Assembly: GCA_050043025.1 (NCBI GenBank)
Contig: JBHJIX010000086.1
Coordinates: 12,323-76,322 of the forward strand
Direction: 5' to 3'
Length of the DNA: 64,000 bases
Origin: Cohaesibacteraceae bacterium
Lineage (GTDB): Bacteria > Pseudomonadota > Alphaproteobacteria > Rhizobiales > MH13
A program made the translations under genes and the position numbers. Shown one piece after another: positions 34,617-44,478 of the stretch; positions within the stretch are counted from its first letter, which is position 1, and the number at the start of each line of letters is the position of its first letter. Below the pieces are notes generated by a model. That model saw only the letters and a list, made by a program, of their open reading frames with translations. It was not told the DNA's origin and did not search any database.

Positions 34617-36179
34617 TCAGCCGGCAGGTGCTTGGGCGGTGTTCTCCGCCTCGACATAGCGCGGGAAAACGCCTGAGGGTTTGGGCAGTTCGGTGCCAGG
34701 CTGAAGCTGGCCATCGTCTCCAAATCGGTCGAAATCGCGCTCCGAGCCAGGAACTGCGAGCAAATCCAACAGCTTGCCGGAAGCATCCGGCATCACCGGC
34801 TGCGCCAGAAGTGACACCTTGCGGATGGTTTCAGCCGTTACCCAAAGAACGGTGTTCATGCGTTCAGGATCGGTTTTCTTCAGCGCCCAGGGTTCCTGGC
34901 TCGCAAAGTAGCGATTGGCATCAGCCACCACGGTCCAAACTGCCGTTAGCATGCGATGCAAAGCCTGTTCGTCAATCGCTGCGCGCGACTCGTCAAGAAG
35001 CGCATCGGCTGCCTGCAGCAATTGCTTATCTGCATCGGTAAGGTCAGAAGGCGTGGGCACTTTGCCGTCGCAATTCTTGCCGATCATGGACAGAGAACGC
35101 TGCGCCAAGTTGCCAAGATCATTGGCCAAATCGGCATTGATGCGGTTAACGATCGCTTCGTGGCTATAGTTCCCATCGCGACCGAACGGAACTTCGCGCA
35201 GGAAGAAGTAGCGCACCTGATCACGGCCGTAGTGCGCGACCATGTTGAACGGGTCGATGACGTTACCCACCGACTTCGACATTTTCTCACCGCGGTTGAA
35301 CAGGAACCCGTGCGCGAACACGCGTTGAGGCAGCGGAACGCCGGCAGACATCAAAAAGGCGGGCCAGTAGACGGCGTGAAACCGTACAATGTCCTTGCCG
35401 ATCACGTGCAGATTGGCAGGCCAATAGCGCCACAGCGGGTCGTCTTCATCGGGAAAGCCGAGACCTGTGATGTAGTTGGTGAGTGCATCCACCCAGACAT
35501 ACATCACGTGGCGTTCATCGCCTGGCACTTTGATGCCCCAGTCGAACGTTGTGCGGGAAATGGAGAGGTCCTTTAGGCCGCCCTCGACAAAGCGCACCAC
35601 CTCGTTGCGCCGTTCATCAGGACCGATGAAATCCGGATTGGCCGCATAATGGGCAAGCAGGCGGTCTGCGAAGGCCGAGAGCCGGAAGAAATAGCTCTCC
35701 TCTTCCACCCACTCCACCGGCGTCTGTTGCGGCCCGAGCCAAACGCCGTCGTCGTTCAGGTGCGTCTCATCTTCCTGGTAATAGGCCTCATCGCGAACTG
35801 AATACCAGCCGGCATAGCTGTCCTTATAGATGTCGCCGGCATCAGCCATGCGCTGCCAAATCGCCTGGGAGGCTGCATGGTGACGGGGCTCGGTCGTGCG
35901 GATGAAATCATCGTTCGAGCATCCCAGAATCTCCACCATGGCCTGGAAGCGCGGGGCATTCTGGTCAGCAAGCACGGCTGGCGTTGTGCCAGCTTCCCGC
36001 GCTGTCTTGTCCATCTTCAGACCGTGCTCGTCGGTTCCGGTCAGAAACCGAACATCATATCCATCCAAGCGTTTGAAACGGGCGAGAGCATCTGTAGCCA
36101 GCGCCTCATAGGCATGACCGATATGCGGCGCACCATTGGGATAGGAAATTGCAGTGGTGATGTAGAAAGGTTCGGACAT
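34617..36179 (-). CDS. metG: methionine--tRNA ligase
   Basis: HIGH motif (PHIGHAYE), KMSKS motif, 520 aa. Confidence 0.95.
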   Translation of the reverse strand: MSEPFYITTAISYPNGAPHIGHAYEALATDALARFKRLDGYDVRFLTGTDEHGLKMDKTAREAGTTPAVLADQNAPRFQAMVEILGCSNDDFIRTTEPRHHAASQAIWQRMADAGDIYKDSYAGWYSVRDEAYYQEDETHLNDDGVWLGPQQTPVEWVEEESYFFRLSAFADRLLAHYAANPDFIGPDERRNEVVRFVEGGLKDLSISRTTFDWGIKVPGDERHVMYVWVDALTNYITGLGFPDEDDPLWRYWPANLHVIGKDIVRFHAVYWPAFLMSAGVPLPQRVFAHGFLFNRGEKMSKSVGNVIDPFNMVAHYGRDQVRYFFLREVPFGRDGNYSHEAIVNRINADLANDLGNLAQRSLSMIGKNCDGKVPTPSDLTDADKQLLQAADALLDESRAAIDEQALHRMLTAVWTVVADANRYFASQEPWALKKTDPERMNTVLWVTAETIRKVSLLAQPVMPDASGKLLDLLAVPGSERDFDRFGDDGQLQPGTELPKPSGVFPRYVEAENTAQAPAG

Positions 36180-36245
36180 TGAGGGGAAAAGTACTTTCGA
36201 ACGGACTGTGGGTCGTTGGCAACGACGAGGTGTCGGCCAACCCTG

Positions 36246-37343
36246 TTAGGCTTGGCCCTCGCTATAGACCCGATCCAGCCCGGCGAAAAGCGCCATGATA
36301 CGCTCTGATATGTCGAGATTGATCGCCCGGCGTATCGAAAGTTCTTTGCCAAGCTCGCTCCATAACTCAGCGAGCGAACGCCGCCCGCTGAGATCAAGTG
36401 TTTGGTCCGGTGTTGGAAGCGGTGAAGGTTCTGCCTGGCCCCTCACCCGCCGTGAGAACCAGTCATCCATGAGACCGAGCATCGTGCTGCGACCTGTATC
36501 ATCAAGAGCTGCAAGAAAGCTGGCAAAGGCTAGGCGATCGGGAAGGCTGCCGGAGCCGCGAGCAGCCTGCATGCAGAATTGCCCATACGCCTCCAGCAGT
36601 TCAGGCTCCGCAAGAAGGTCCTGAACCACCCCTGCCCGGCCATCGGCAAGTGCACGAGCGACGTCGTGCATTTGCTCGGGCACTGCGTCCGGCTGAGCGC
36701 CAAACGCAATCTTTCCAAGTTCGTCTTCGCTCAAGCGAGAAAAAGCCATCAGACGACATCGCGACCGAAGGGTCGGCAAAACTGCGCTCAGACGATGGGC
36801 GATCAGAAACAAGACAGTCTTCCTGGGTGGTTCCTCCAAAGGTTTCAGCAACGCATTGGCGCCTTCTGCATTGAGGTCATCGACCGCATCGACCACCAGC
36901 GTGCGCCATCCGCCATAAGCCGCAGTCGATTGGAGCGTGTGAAGGCCATCACGTACGGTAGCGACGGGAATAGTCTTGGGCAGCTTCTTACCGCCTGTGA
37001 GACCAGTGAGCCGATCAATCCAGATTGCGTCGGGATGGGCATTCTGTGCGATGAGCCGAGCATCGGGATGGTCGGCTTCAATCCTCAGTCCCCCACCTTC
37101 CTGCCGCGCCCCTTCGGCGGCCAGATAGGCGGCCGCCTGGAGTGCGAAACGGGCTTTGCCGATGCCCTTTGGCCCATGCAGCAACCAACCATGGTGAAGA
37201 CACCCGCTGGAGACGCTCTCTCGGAACGTCTTCTGCTGAACACTGTGACCAACCAGAGGACGCTCCAATGCGCCTTCTGACAGGAAGGGCGACCTGTTTC
37301 CCTCTTCGGACTGCTTGGAGGATTTTGATGCAGCGCGGGCCAT
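36246..37343 (-). CDS. holB: DNA polymerase III subunit delta'
   Basis: HHGWLLHGPKGIGKA P-loop-like segment, LLKPLEEPP. Position between tmk and metG. Confidence 0.85.
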   Translation of the reverse strand: MARAASKSSKQSEEGNRSPFLSEGALERPLVGHSVQQKTFRESVSSGCLHHGWLLHGPKGIGKARFALQAAAYLAAEGARQEGGGLRIEADHPDARLIAQNAHPDAIWIDRLTGLTGGKKLPKTIPVATVRDGLHTLQSTAAYGGWRTLVVDAVDDLNAEGANALLKPLEEPPRKTVLFLIAHRLSAVLPTLRSRCRLMAFSRLSEDELGKIAFGAQPDAVPEQMHDVARALADGRAGVVQDLLAEPELLEAYGQFCMQAARGSGSLPDRLAFASFLAALDDTGRSTMLGLMDDWFSRRVRGQAEPSPLPTPDQTLDLSGRRSLAELWSELGKELSIRRAINLDISERIMALFAGLDRVYSEGQA

Positions 37344-37358
37344 ACTTAGACAGACACC

Positions 37359-38051
37359 TTACACAAGGCCGCGCAAACGCATGGCATCGCGAACGGCCTG
37401 TGAGACCTTGTCCGGCGTCCCACTTGCATCAATCAGCACGCAACGGTCCGGAAATCTCTTGCAAAGCCAGCGGAATCCTTGGCGAACCTTGGCGTGAAAA
37501 CTGGCATCTTCCTTCTCAAATCGGTCATCGGCGTCCTGTTTGACGGCCAGGCGGGCTTTTCGCCGTTCATCGGCTGTTTCAGCATCAACGTCGAGCACTA
37601 GCGTTGTGGCAGGCATAAGCCCGTCGGTGGCCACCTGTTCCATCTGGTCGATGGTGTGCATGGGAATGCCGCCAACATAGCCTTGATAAATGCGTGTTGA
37701 ATCCGCAAAGCGGTCACAAACGACAATTTTGCCGTCAAGCAGTGCCGGCGCGATCAGATGGTCAACATGATCTCGCCGCGCCGATGTCAAAAGCGACGCT
37801 TCGGCGAGCGGTCCAAGATCAGCGCCATGGCCGGAGAGCAGAACCTCGCGCACCACGGCGCCGGCAGGTGTTCCGCCAGGTTCATGGGTTGCAATCACGT
37901 CATAGCCTTCCTCGCACAACTGAGCGGCAAGGTTTTTGGCTTGTGTCGATTTGCCGGACCCCTCCCCGCCTTCCAGCGTGATGAACAGGCCGCCAGGGAG
38001 CGTTTTACGAACGGATGGCGCGTTGGAGCCTGCCGCCGTGCGCTTCGCCAT
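37359..38051 (-). CDS. tmk: dTMP (thymidylate) kinase
   Basis: FITLEGGEGSGKSTQ P-loop, DRFADST, LVLDVD. Confidence 0.9.
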   Translation of the reverse strand: MAKRTAAGSNAPSVRKTLPGGLFITLEGGEGSGKSTQAKNLAAQLCEEGYDVIATHEPGGTPAGAVVREVLLSGHGADLGPLAEASLLTSARRDHVDHLIAPALLDGKIVVCDRFADSTRIYQGYVGGIPMHTIDQMEQVATDGLMPATTLVLDVDAETADERRKARLAVKQDADDRFEKEDASFHAKVRQGFRWLCKRFPDRCVLIDASGTPDKVSQAVRDAMRLRGLV

Positions 38052-38053
38052 GG

Positions 38054-39268
38054 TTAGAATGATCCGGCAAACGAGATCGGTGGAACCCAACCGAAGACAA
38101 GCTCGAGGAATCCATCACGGGCGCGTTGGACCATGGAACCTTCAGGTACGTCGCTCGCCGCCACCAAAGGTGTTTCCTGAATAATGGTTCCGTCACGTTC
38201 AACGAGCAGTTGGCCCAACTCATCGCCTTCTGCAATTGGCGTGGGAACAGGGCGCTGATAGATCACCCGTGCGCGCACCCGTTCCTCCCCGGCAACCGGA
38301 ACCAGAAGGTCCAACGCCCCGCCTTCTGCGATCAGCCCTACCTCGCGTTCAAGCCCGCCATGGGTCCGGGCAAACGCAATCGGCTCCCCCGGCTCAGCTA
38401 CCCTGACGGTTCTGAAGTCCTCAAAAGCATAGCGAACCAATCGGTTGGCCTCGTCGACCCGGCCTTCTCGTGTATCAACGCCAGAAAGCGCAAAAACGCC
38501 CCGCCTGCCATCACGTTCCACAGAGCCGACAGCACCATAGCCGGCCGCATCGCTAAAGCCGGCGAACAAACCGTCCACACCAGCAATCTCACCCATCATA
38601 GGGTTGCGATTGCGTTGAAAGATATTGTTCCAGGTAAAATCCGCTTCGGAGAACAATCCATAAAGATCGCGGTGGTCAGCGATGAGCTCGGTCGCGACCA
38701 CCGCCATATCGCGAACGGTGGTGTACATGCCCTGCTCTGGTTGGCCCGTCGCATTGGTGAAGACGCTATCTGTCGCCCCCATCTTCGCGGCCAACTCCGT
38801 CATCATCTCAGCGAACTCACGCTCTGAGCCGCCGATTCCCTCGGCGAGCGCTATAGCCGCGTCATTGCCTGCCATAACAATCAGGCCACGTAACAAATCA
38901 GATATGGCAACGTCGCTGCCCAGTTCAGCGAACATTGCGGCGCGGCCCGACGGTCCTCCGCCTCGTCGCCAGGCGTCCTCACTGATCTCAATGGTGCTGT
39001 CGTCGTTCCAGGCACCGCGCGCCAGCTGCTCGAAAACAACGGCAGCCGTCAGTGTCTTGGCCATGGAGGCAGGTTCAAAGCGCACATCAGCGCTTTGGGA
39101 GTAGAGCACGGTTCTTGAGTTGACGTCGTAGAGGAAGGCCCGCGGCGCTCGGCTTTCAAAGGCAGCAACTGATTGAACAGCTACCAGAAAAACCACAAGA
39201 GCGCTCAAGGTTCGCTGAGCGAATCCCACCAAGGGATTGCACACCGAGCGTGTGAACGTCTGGGCCAT
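38054..39268 (-). CDS. D-alanyl-D-alanine carboxypeptidase (peptidase S11/PBP5) homologue with degenerate SxN and KTG motifs
   Basis: Signal/TM N-terminus and SxxK (PASMAKTLTA). AGN at 38864-38872 sits where SxN is expected, and G-L-F-A-G-F (FAG 38558-38566) where L-K-T-G is expected. The PBP5 C-terminal domain is present. Confidence 0.8.
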   Translation of the reverse strand: MAQTFTRSVCNPLVGFAQRTLSALVVFLVAVQSVAAFESRAPRAFLYDVNSRTVLYSQSADVRFEPASMAKTLTAAVVFEQLARGAWNDDSTIEISEDAWRRGGGPSGRAAMFAELGSDVAISDLLRGLIVMAGNDAAIALAEGIGGSEREFAEMMTELAAKMGATDSVFTNATGQPEQGMYTTVRDMAVVATELIADHRDLYGLFSEADFTWNNIFQRNRNPMMGEIAGVDGLFAGFSDAAGYGAVGSVERDGRRGVFALSGVDTREGRVDEANRLVRYAFEDFRTVRVAEPGEPIAFARTHGGLEREVGLIAEGGALDLLVPVAGEERVRARVIYQRPVPTPIAEGDELGQLLVERDGTIIQETPLVAASDVPEGSMVQRARDGFLELVFGWVPPISFAGSF

Positions 39269-39363
39269 CAGCACACCTGCCAAACATCACGCGATTGGCC
39301 AGGCATAATACCGCATTGGGAACAGCCTGGCTTTGGCCAGCATAGTACCCAATGGGTCAGGAC

Positions 39364-40803
39364 TTAGGCGCCCTCAATGCTGGCAATGAAGGCGTCGGTG
39401 TAGCCTTGCCCGGCCAGAGAGCGCAAGAGGTTACGTTCAGCCGCTGCATCAGCAACCGGTGCGCGCAGGCGCACACTGGTAAGCTCCCGGCCAGATCGGT
39501 CCAGTTGCTCGGTCTCCACTGTACCAAGCGGCGCCAACGCTTGTTCCAGTCGCGCAACATTGGAAGGGTCGCCAAAGATGCCGATCTGAACAATTGCCAT
39601 GCGCCCAGTGTCGGTGATGGGGGAAGCCGCAACCAGCCCATTGGCAGATTGTCCGACGCTGAGCCGCTCAAGCGTTTGCGATTGCAAAGCAAGCTGTGTT
39701 GCAGCTTCGAGCGCATCGGTACGCGCCGTCAAATGGGCGGAATCGATGCGCGCCATTTGGTGCACGTTCGACTGATTGCGTGGTGTGAAACCCGTTGTCA
39801 GGTCGGTTGCTTGGAAGCCAATAGCTGCCGGCGGTATGGGACCAGATGGCGGGCGTGGCGCAAAGGTCGCGGTCGGCGTTGTAGCCGGAACGCCAGGGGT
39901 TTGGAAGGCTGCAACCGGGTTGCGCACCGGTGGCGTAAGATCCATCGGCGCCCCTGCTGCGCCGCTCGCTTGCGGTTGGAAGAGCGTGTTGAGGAAGTTC
40001 TGCGCTGGCGGCTGAGCGACAGGTTGTTGAACCGGTTGTGCCGCAAGCGCAACTTGCGTTGGTGCAACAACGGGTGTCGGCGCAGGAACGGGAGCGCGCG
40101 CCAACATGACATTTGGATCGCCACCGCCAACGGGCACACCGTTGATCTGTGCGGAAGCTGCCAACCAAGCCACATCCTGGCCATGCAATGGCGCACGGTC
40201 GACAAACTCAACGCGAACGTCAGCAACGCCGTCATTGCGGAAGTCGAGCACATCGGCCGCGCGGCTCGACAGATCAATGATCCGGTCGTGCGCAAACGGA
40301 CCGCGATCATTCACCCGAACCACCACCGACCGGCTGTTTTCAAGGTTTGTAACACGCACATAGCTTGGCAACGGCAATGTGGGGTGCGCGGCTGATAGCG
40401 TGTGCTGGTCATAGATTTCGCCATTGGCCGTCAGGCGGCCATGGAACGCGTCACCATACCAGGACGCGATGCCGGTGCGATCATAATTGGGATCTTCTCG
40501 CGGCGTGTAGAGCTGACCACCGATCCGATAGGGCCGACCGACCTGATCTCGCCCGCCACCGCGTGGCAGGTTGGTTTCCTGGTTGGTCACCCTAGGACTG
40601 GCAGCAACGCCCAGCGCGGCATCATTGATGCCGTCACCACCACCGCCATCATCAAACGAGGCGATGGAATTGCATCCGGCGAGCGCAAACGCGCAAACGC
40701 CAGCCGCCGCAATCGCGCGGTTAAACGGGAAACGAACAAAACTAGAGACCGCCCTAGAAGCGGACGTCAACGCCCCTCCTGGGGCGAAAAACCATCGTGT
40801 CAT
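39364..40803 (-). CDS. rlpA: septal ring lytic transglycosylase RlpA-family lipoprotein with a C-terminal SPOR domain
   Basis: Lipobox FALAGC, DPBB domain (ASWYGDAFHGRLTANGE...VRVNDRGPF), a long P/A/Q-rich linker, and a SPOR-like C-terminus. Confidence 0.85.
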   Translation of the reverse strand: MTRWFFAPGGALTSASRAVSSFVRFPFNRAIAAAGVCAFALAGCNSIASFDDGGGGDGINDAALGVAASPRVTNQETNLPRGGGRDQVGRPYRIGGQLYTPREDPNYDRTGIASWYGDAFHGRLTANGEIYDQHTLSAAHPTLPLPSYVRVTNLENSRSVVVRVNDRGPFAHDRIIDLSSRAADVLDFRNDGVADVRVEFVDRAPLHGQDVAWLAASAQINGVPVGGGDPNVMLARAPVPAPTPVVAPTQVALAAQPVQQPVAQPPAQNFLNTLFQPQASGAAGAPMDLTPPVRNPVAAFQTPGVPATTPTATFAPRPPSGPIPPAAIGFQATDLTTGFTPRNQSNVHQMARIDSAHLTARTDALEAATQLALQSQTLERLSVGQSANGLVAASPITDTGRMAIVQIGIFGDPSNVARLEQALAPLGTVETEQLDRSGRELTSVRLRAPVADAAAERNLLRSLAGQGYTDAFIASIEGA

Positions 40804-40967
40804 CACGCCATACTCGATACAAATTGGCGAGCCGCGCGACAAGGCAAAAGCTCAAACAAGTGCCGCACGACAAGGTTCACAACATGTAACCCTGTCCCAT
40901 CACATTGCGGCACAAGCGTGAACGTGGCGTTAAACCTTTGATCGATCAGCGTTTTGGTTAACGAGGC

Positions 40968-43343
40968 CTATTCACCGTACGGAATCCAAATGTTCTTGAT
41001 TTCGGTCGCTCGGCGCAACCATTCGGCCCCCTCCGCATCGTCGGAGAACCAGTCGATCTCGCTACCATTATCGACAAAGGTCCGCTTCAGATTACCAGCC
41101 GAAAGCTCCTCAACGCGTTTTGACAGTGACGCGTCACCAAAGGCCCAAACGGCATCGACATCAGCGTGAGAGGCGAGCACCTCTCCTAGCTCCAGAGAAT
41201 CGCCAGCCACGATGTTGAGCACGCCGCCCGGCACGTCAGAGGTGTCTAAAACCGAGTAAAGATCGGATGCGGCCAGCGGATTGACCGAACTGGGTACTGC
41301 GATCACGCGGCTGCCCATTGCAATCAACGGTGCCGCGAGGCTGACCAAACCCAGCAAGGGAGATTCCGGCGGGCAGACCACGCCGACAACACCAAGCGGC
41401 TCGTTCATGGCCAGTGCAACGCCGCGCAGTGGCGGAACGTGCACACGCCCGTCATACTTGTCGGCATAGGCAGCATAGGTGAACAGCCGGTCGATCGATG
41501 CTTCCACCTCTTTGGCACTCTTGGCCGGTGTCGTTCCGGTGACCTTAGCCATGCGAGCGGCAAACTCATCGGCGCGCGCAGACAGGTTTTCGGCCAGATA
41601 ATAGATCACCTGTGCCCGATTGTGCTCGGTTGCTCCGGCCCAGCCGGTGGCCTTTCGAGCGGCGGCGACCGCGTTGCGGATATCCTTGCGATTGCCAACA
41701 CCGACCTCGGCGACGATTTCGCCGTTGGGGGTCACCACCGGGCGGGAGTAGTTCCCGTCGGGGCGCACCTGCTTGCCGCCAACATAGAACTTCGCCGTAC
41801 GGTCGATGGTCGGCAGGTCGAAACCGCCGGCGCTTGGCTTGGGTTCTGGCAGCGTGCTCGTCTTGCGTTGCTTGGCCTTTTTCCAGAGCTTGGGCTTCAG
41901 ATATTCGTAAGCGCCCTCTAGGCCCCCTTCCCGCCCGAAGCCAGATTCCTTCTTACCACCAAAGCCGCAAGCCGCATCGAACATGTTGGTGGCATTGACC
42001 CAGACAACACCGGATTCGAGCCGTGCCGACATATGCAGCGCGAGGCCGATATTCTCCGACCACAGGCTTGCCGCCAGCCCATAGCGTGAGTGATTGGCAA
42101 GTTGCGCCGCCTCATCCGGTGTACGGAACGTCATGGTCACGGCAACGGGCCCGAAAATCTCTTCCGTCGCGACCGTTGAGCTGGTGGCCACATTGGTCAG
42201 AAGCGTCGGCGGGAAGAATGTCCCCTCACCTGGCACAGCATTCGATGGCTGGTGGATCTCAGCACCCTCGTCCACGCCTTGCTGGACGAGGCTCGAAATC
42301 CGGTCGAGCTGAACAGGCGCGACTATCGCGCCCATGTCGATGGCCTTGTCCAACGGCGCGCCAACCCGCAGCGTTTCCATCCGCCGCTTCAGCTTGGCGA
42401 TGAACGTGTCTGCGATGCCTTCCTGCAGCAGAAGGCGTGCGCCGGCACAGCAGACCTGACCCTGATTGAACCAGATTGCGTCGACCACGCCTTCAACCGC
42501 GCCGTCAAGGTCGGCATCGTCGAACACGATGAAGGGCGACTTGCCGCCCAGTTCAAGCGTCAGCGACTTGCCGGATCCCGCGGTGCTTTTGCGAATGATC
42601 CGTCCGACCTCGGTCGACCCGGTGAAGGCGACCTTGTCGATGCCCTCATGGTCGACCAGCATCGCACCGGTGTCCCCTTCGCCCGTAATGATATTGAGGA
42701 CACCAGCTGGCAGGCCTGCGTCACGTGCCAACTCGGCAAAGAGCAAGGCTGTTAGCGACGTGAACTCCGCTGGCTTCAGAACCACCGTATTGCCCAGCGC
42801 AAGTGCCGGCGCCAGCTTCCAAGCAAGCATCAGGACCGGAAAGTTCCATGGGATGATCTGGCCAATCACGCCGGTCGGATCGTAGTCGGCAAAGACCTTC
42901 GATTGAAGCTGCGCCCAGCCAGCGTGATGGTAGAAATGCCGCGCTGCCAGCGGCACGTCGATGTCGCGCGTCTCGCGGATCGGCTTGCCATTGTCGAGCG
43001 CTTCAAGAACGGCGATCAATCGTGCGTTACGCTGGATCGAGCGGGCCCGCGCGTAAAGGTGCCGCGCCCGTGCATGCCCGGGCAATGCAGCCCATTTCAC
43101 TTGTGCCTTACGGGCCGCTTCAACGGCCGCATCGACATCGGCTTCGCTGCCTTTGGAAACCTTCGCCAGATGCTTGCCGGTGGCCGGTTCAACGCTTTCG
43201 AAATGCTCCGCACCAGCAACGAATTGCCCGTTGATAAAATGGCCAAAGTTGCCGCTATGGCCTGCCAGCCATTCGCGCGCCGTTCCATCGGCTTCGAATG
43301 CCGGGCCATAATCCATCGTGTCGAAATAGTCAGCGACGCTCAT
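40968..43343 (-). CDS. 791-aa aldehyde dehydrogenase family protein: a complete ALDH domain fused to a truncated second ALDH-like (cofactor-binding) half-domain
   Basis: The N-terminal domain has ELGGKSP and FNQGQVCCAG (catalytic Glu/Cys). The C-terminal ~270 aa repeats the ALDH N-half pattern (PLGVVGVVCPPESPLL...GGVLNIV.G...) but ends before any catalytic Cys region. Confidence 0.85.
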   Translation of the reverse strand: MSVADYFDTMDYGPAFEADGTAREWLAGHSGNFGHFINGQFVAGAEHFESVEPATGKHLAKVSKGSEADVDAAVEAARKAQVKWAALPGHARARHLYARARSIQRNARLIAVLEALDNGKPIRETRDIDVPLAARHFYHHAGWAQLQSKVFADYDPTGVIGQIIPWNFPVLMLAWKLAPALALGNTVVLKPAEFTSLTALLFAELARDAGLPAGVLNIITGEGDTGAMLVDHEGIDKVAFTGSTEVGRIIRKSTAGSGKSLTLELGGKSPFIVFDDADLDGAVEGVVDAIWFNQGQVCCAGARLLLQEGIADTFIAKLKRRMETLRVGAPLDKAIDMGAIVAPVQLDRISSLVQQGVDEGAEIHQPSNAVPGEGTFFPPTLLTNVATSSTVATEEIFGPVAVTMTFRTPDEAAQLANHSRYGLAASLWSENIGLALHMSARLESGVVWVNATNMFDAACGFGGKKESGFGREGGLEGAYEYLKPKLWKKAKQRKTSTLPEPKPSAGGFDLPTIDRTAKFYVGGKQVRPDGNYSRPVVTPNGEIVAEVGVGNRKDIRNAVAAARKATGWAGATEHNRAQVIYYLAENLSARADEFAARMAKVTGTTPAKSAKEVEASIDRLFTYAAYADKYDGRVHVPPLRGVALAMNEPLGVVGVVCPPESPLLGLVSLAAPLIAMGSRVIAVPSSVNPLAASDLYSVLDTSDVPGGVLNIVAGDSLELGEVLASHADVDAVWAFGDASLSKRVEELSAGNLKRTFVDNGSEIDWFSDDAEGAEWLRRATEIKNIWIPYGE

Positions 43344-43346
43344 TTG

Positions 43347-44348
43347 TTATCCAATCGGGTGGCGCAGGAAGGCGGAGTAGGCACCGGAGATGTGATGCTC
43401 CAATTGCCGTTCAATATCAGCCAAGAGGCTTGAGGCCCCGAACCGGAACAGGTCCGGCTCCAGCCAGTCGCGACCGAGCTCTTCCTTCATAAGAAACTGG
43501 TAGTTGAGCGCATCCTTGGCAGTCGAAATGCCACCAGCGGGCTTATAGCCGATTTTAAAGCCTGTGCGCTCCTGATAGGTCCGAATTGCTCGCAGCATCA
43601 CCAGTGTAACGGGCAGCGTGGCATTGACGCCCTCTTTGCCGGTCGATGTCTTGATGAAGTCAGCGCCGGCCATCATGCACACCATCGATGCCCGTCCGAC
43701 ATTTCGCAGTGTTTTCAAATCACCGGTCGCCAAAATCGCCTTCACATGTGCATCGCCGCAGGCTTCGCGATAGTCGCGCATTTCGTCGTACAAAGCCTGC
43801 CAATTGCCGGTGAGAACATGCTCACGCGTGATGACGATGTCGATCTCTTGCGCGCCGTCAGCGACTGATTCTTTGATCTCCTGGAGCTTGATATGATGCG
43901 GCGCGAGGCCGGCAGGAAAACCGGTCGCCACCGCGGCAACAGGAATGCCTGTGCCATCAAGCGCCGCAACAGCGGTGCCAACGAAGCGGTGATAAACGCA
44001 TACGGCGCCAGTCGTGATCGATCGGTCGCCCATGCCGAGCGACTTCAGAAGATCACGTCGGACAGGATTTGCAGCCTTTCCACAAAGGCGACGCACCCTC
44101 CCCGCCGTATCGTCACCGTTTAGGGTGGTCAGATCGATGCAGGTTAAGGCTTTCAAAAGCCAAGCAGCCTGGGCGTCTTTCTTCACCGTCCGCCGGCCCG
44201 GCAACGTCGCAACGCGACGCTCGGTTGCAGAGAGGTTGACGCGCACATCCCGCACCCAGCCTAGATCAAGTGGCATGGGCTTGTTTCGGGGATGGGCTTT
44301 ATGGCCGGCCGGCGCGGCGGCAGCGATGGAAGTCACATTCGATGTCAT
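43347..44348 (-). CDS. deoC: deoxyribose-phosphate aldolase (long, DERA-like form)
   Basis: CIDLTTLNGDDT..., VAAVATGFPAG, DFIKTSTGK (Schiff-base Lys context), KPAGGI. Confidence 0.85.
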   Translation of the reverse strand: MTSNVTSIAAAAPAGHKAHPRNKPMPLDLGWVRDVRVNLSATERRVATLPGRRTVKKDAQAAWLLKALTCIDLTTLNGDDTAGRVRRLCGKAANPVRRDLLKSLGMGDRSITTGAVCVYHRFVGTAVAALDGTGIPVAAVATGFPAGLAPHHIKLQEIKESVADGAQEIDIVITREHVLTGNWQALYDEMRDYREACGDAHVKAILATGDLKTLRNVGRASMVCMMAGADFIKTSTGKEGVNATLPVTLVMLRAIRTYQERTGFKIGYKPAGGISTAKDALNYQFLMKEELGRDWLEPDLFRFGASSLLADIERQLEHHISGAYSAFLRHPIG

Positions 44349-44478
44349 GGGTTCAACTCAGCACAAGCGCTGCAACTCATCAGCGCATTGGAATGTCTCT
44401 TAGCATGGTCTTCCATCGAACGACCACTGCTATTGACCCTCGCGGATGACCGGTCAGCGGTAACTCAACCGCCGTCTT

